Source: Dehalococcoidia bacterium
GTDB taxonomy: Bacteria; Chloroflexota; Dehalococcoidia; UBA2979
DNA: 64,000 nt
Assembly (NCBI GenBank): GCA_964291495.2
Contig: OZ219872.1
Span: 416,001-480,000 of the forward strand
Direction: 5' to 3'
Below are positions 62,160 through 64,000 of the stretch, piece after piece; the first letter of the stretch is position 1, and each line of letters opens with the position of its first letter. The position numbers and the translations under genes were made by a program. Under the pieces are notes generated by a model. It searched no databases, had not been told where the DNA came from, and was given only the letters and a program-made list of their open reading frames with translations.

Positions 62160-64000
62160 ATGGCCCCAGACGCCGGCCCGATCACCGCGACCAGCAACAT
62201 GCTCGTCCGCCTGCTCGGCGGCGGCCCTGCCTACGCCTCCCTCGACGGCGGGGTGGTGCGCTTCGGTGACGCCGCCAGCACGGCAGTCGGAGCGATCGAC
62301 CGGATCGAGACGCGCCGCTCGTGGTTCTGGACGCGGCTCGCGATCCGCGAAGCCGCAGGCGCCGAGCGCTCCATCGGCGGCCTCGATCGGGAGGAAGCCG
62401 ATCGGCTCGCCGAGGCGGTGCGCGAGGATGTCGCCCGTGCTGCCGGGGAGATCGCGCCCCAACTCACGCAACTCGACGACCGCCTCAAGCGCTTCCAGGC
62501 GACCAACCGTTACAGGCGCAACTCGCTGAGCAACGGCCTCCACGCGGACATTGCCGCTGCCGCACGGCTCAGTGGCGGAGCCCTCATCCGGATCCACCTG
62601 CCCGCCAGCGCTCGCGAGGCGCTCGCGCGCCTCGCGCCAGTCGCCGGCCTCGATGCATTCGAGGCGGCGCGGGAGGAGGCCAACGCCCGGCTCGTTGCCG
62701 GCTCCGTCGCAGCAGTGACGCAGGCCGCATCCGGCGTGCTGTCCTCGCCGCCGACCGAGGAGCAGGCACAGGCGATCGCCACGGACGAGGACACGACGCT
62801 GGTGCTCGCGGGGGCGGGCACGGGCAAGACCGCCGTGATCACCGGCAAGGTCACCCACCTGGTGCGCAACCTTGGTGTGTCACCGCGCGAGATCCTCGTG
62901 CTCGCCTTCAATCGCAAGGCTGCCGAGGAGATCCGCGAGCGCCTGCCGGAGGATCTCGCCGGCGCCCACGTCGCCACGTTCCACGCCTTCGGACGGCGTG
63001 TGATCGCCGATGTCGAGGTCGCCCCGACGATGTCGAAGCTGGCGGAGGACGAGGCGCGGTTGATCGCCGTCATCGACCGCATCCTCGTCGAGTTGCTCAG
63101 CGATCCTCGGCAGAGCCGGGCGGTCACCGACTTCATCGACCGGCACCGGACGGACTACCGCTCGCAGTTCGACTTCGAGACGCCGGGCGAGTACTTCGAC
63201 CACGTCCGCCGCTCCGAGTTACGGGCGCTCAGCGGCGATCTCGTCAAGAGCTTCGAGGAGCTGGAGATCGCGAACTTTCTGACGCTGAATGGTGTCGCGT
63301 TCAGGTACGAGGGAGCCTACGAGGTCGAGACCGCAAGCACCTGGCATCGCCAGTACCGGCCCGACTTCTACCTTCCGGACCACGACATCTACATCGAGCA
63401 CTTCGCGCTGGACCGGGAGGGCCGTCCGCCGAAGGCGTGGACGGGCTACGCCGACGGAGTCGCGTGGAAGCGGGGCATCCACGAGGAGAACGGGACCACT
63501 CTGATCGAGACCTACAGCTGGCAGCAGCGAGAGGGCGTGTTGCGCCGCAGGCTGCGCGAGCAGCTTGAGGAGGCGGGCGTCACGTTCGAGCGGGTCTCGC
63601 TACGCGCGCTGCTCGAAGAGTTGGGACGCTGGTTGATCTCCTGGCTGGCGCAACTGGTGGCGACATTCCTCAACCACGTCAAGACCAGCGGCGTCTCCGC
63701 CGAGGCGCTGCGCGTGCGAGCGCGCGACTCGGGCGATCGCACGCGCAACGAGGCCTTCCTCGATGTCTTCGAGCAGGTGAGGACACGCTACGAGGAGCTG
63801 CTGGGCGAGGACAAGGACTTCCAGGATCTGATCAACCACGCTGCGGCGCACATCCGGGCGGGGCGCTGGGAATCGCAGTACCGCTACGTGCTGGTGGACG
63901 AGTTCCAGGACATCTCGGCGGGCCGGATGGCGCTGCTCCAGGCGCTGAAGCGCCCGGGCCTCGCCTACTTCCTCGTCGGCGACGACTGGCAGTCGATCTA
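62160..64000 (+). CDS. UvrD/helicase IV (HelD)-type SF1 helicase, runs off the window (absent from ORF track)
   Basis: Manual translation: VLAGAGTGKT, LAFNRKAA, TFHAFG, VDEFQDIS, VGDDWQSIY. Confidence 0.92.
   Translation, partial: MAPDAGPITATSNMLVRLLGGGPAYASLDGGVVRFGDAASTAVGAIDRIETRRSWFWTRLAIREAAGAERSIGGLDREEADRLAEAVREDVARAAGEIAPQLTQLDDRLKRFQATNRYRRNSLSNGLHADIAAAARLSGGALIRIHLPASAREALARLAPVAGLDAFEAAREEANARLVAGSVAAVTQAASGVLSSPPTEEQAQAIATDEDTTLVLAGAGTGKTAVITGKVTHLVRNLGVSPREILVLAFNRKAAEEIRERLPEDLAGAHVATFHAFGRRVIADVEVAPTMSKLAEDEARLIAVIDRILVELLSDPRQSRAVTDFIDRHRTDYRSQFDFETPGEYFDHVRRSELRALSGDLVKSFEELEIANFLTLNGVAFRYEGAYEVETASTWHRQYRPDFYLPDHDIYIEHFALDREGRPPKAWTGYADGVAWKRGIHEENGTTLIETYSWQQREGVLRRRLREQLEEAGVTFERVSLRALLEELGRWLISWLAQLVATFLNHVKTSGVSAEALRVRARDSGDRTRNEAFLDVFEQVRTRYEELLGEDKDFQDLINHAAAHIRAGRWESQYRYVLVDEFQDISAGRMALLQALKRPGLAYFLVGDDWQSI

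Overview
High-GC bacterial chromosomal segment, most likely Chloroflexota/Dehalococcoidia (inferred from 16S motifs, alpha2-type GlyRS and a translin-family gene). It is mostly core genome: fdx, glyQS, hppA, rnhB-yraN, ftsH, rplU-rpmA-rpmE2, hisHAFI, ligA, mreBCD-mrdA-rodA, clpC, rpsA, a minus-strand rRNA locus (16S-Ile-Ala-23S-fMet-5S), tilS, ftsB, a split methylmalonyl-CoA mutase cluster, a 2-oxoacid dehydrogenase E1/E2-prpD cluster, an ABC exporter and a truncated UvrD/HelD-type helicase. No CRISPR array, transposase, integrase or prophage was seen. The best candidate for an undescribed system is a TusA-like + DsrE-like + TusA::MetE-core fusion operon (43843-46080). Next to it are an NCS2 permease with an anti-sigma-kinase-like tail and a tandem tRNA-Val duplication whose second copy changed only at unpaired positions (anticodon UAC->UAU). 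Other oddities: an uncharacterised propeller-like/Ig-like gene pair, a 5S gene with its own promoter separated from 23S by tRNA-fMet, apparent ATC and CTG start codons, a DnaA box over the mre promoter, and REP-like palindromes. All family calls come from motif recognition by eye; no database searches were run.
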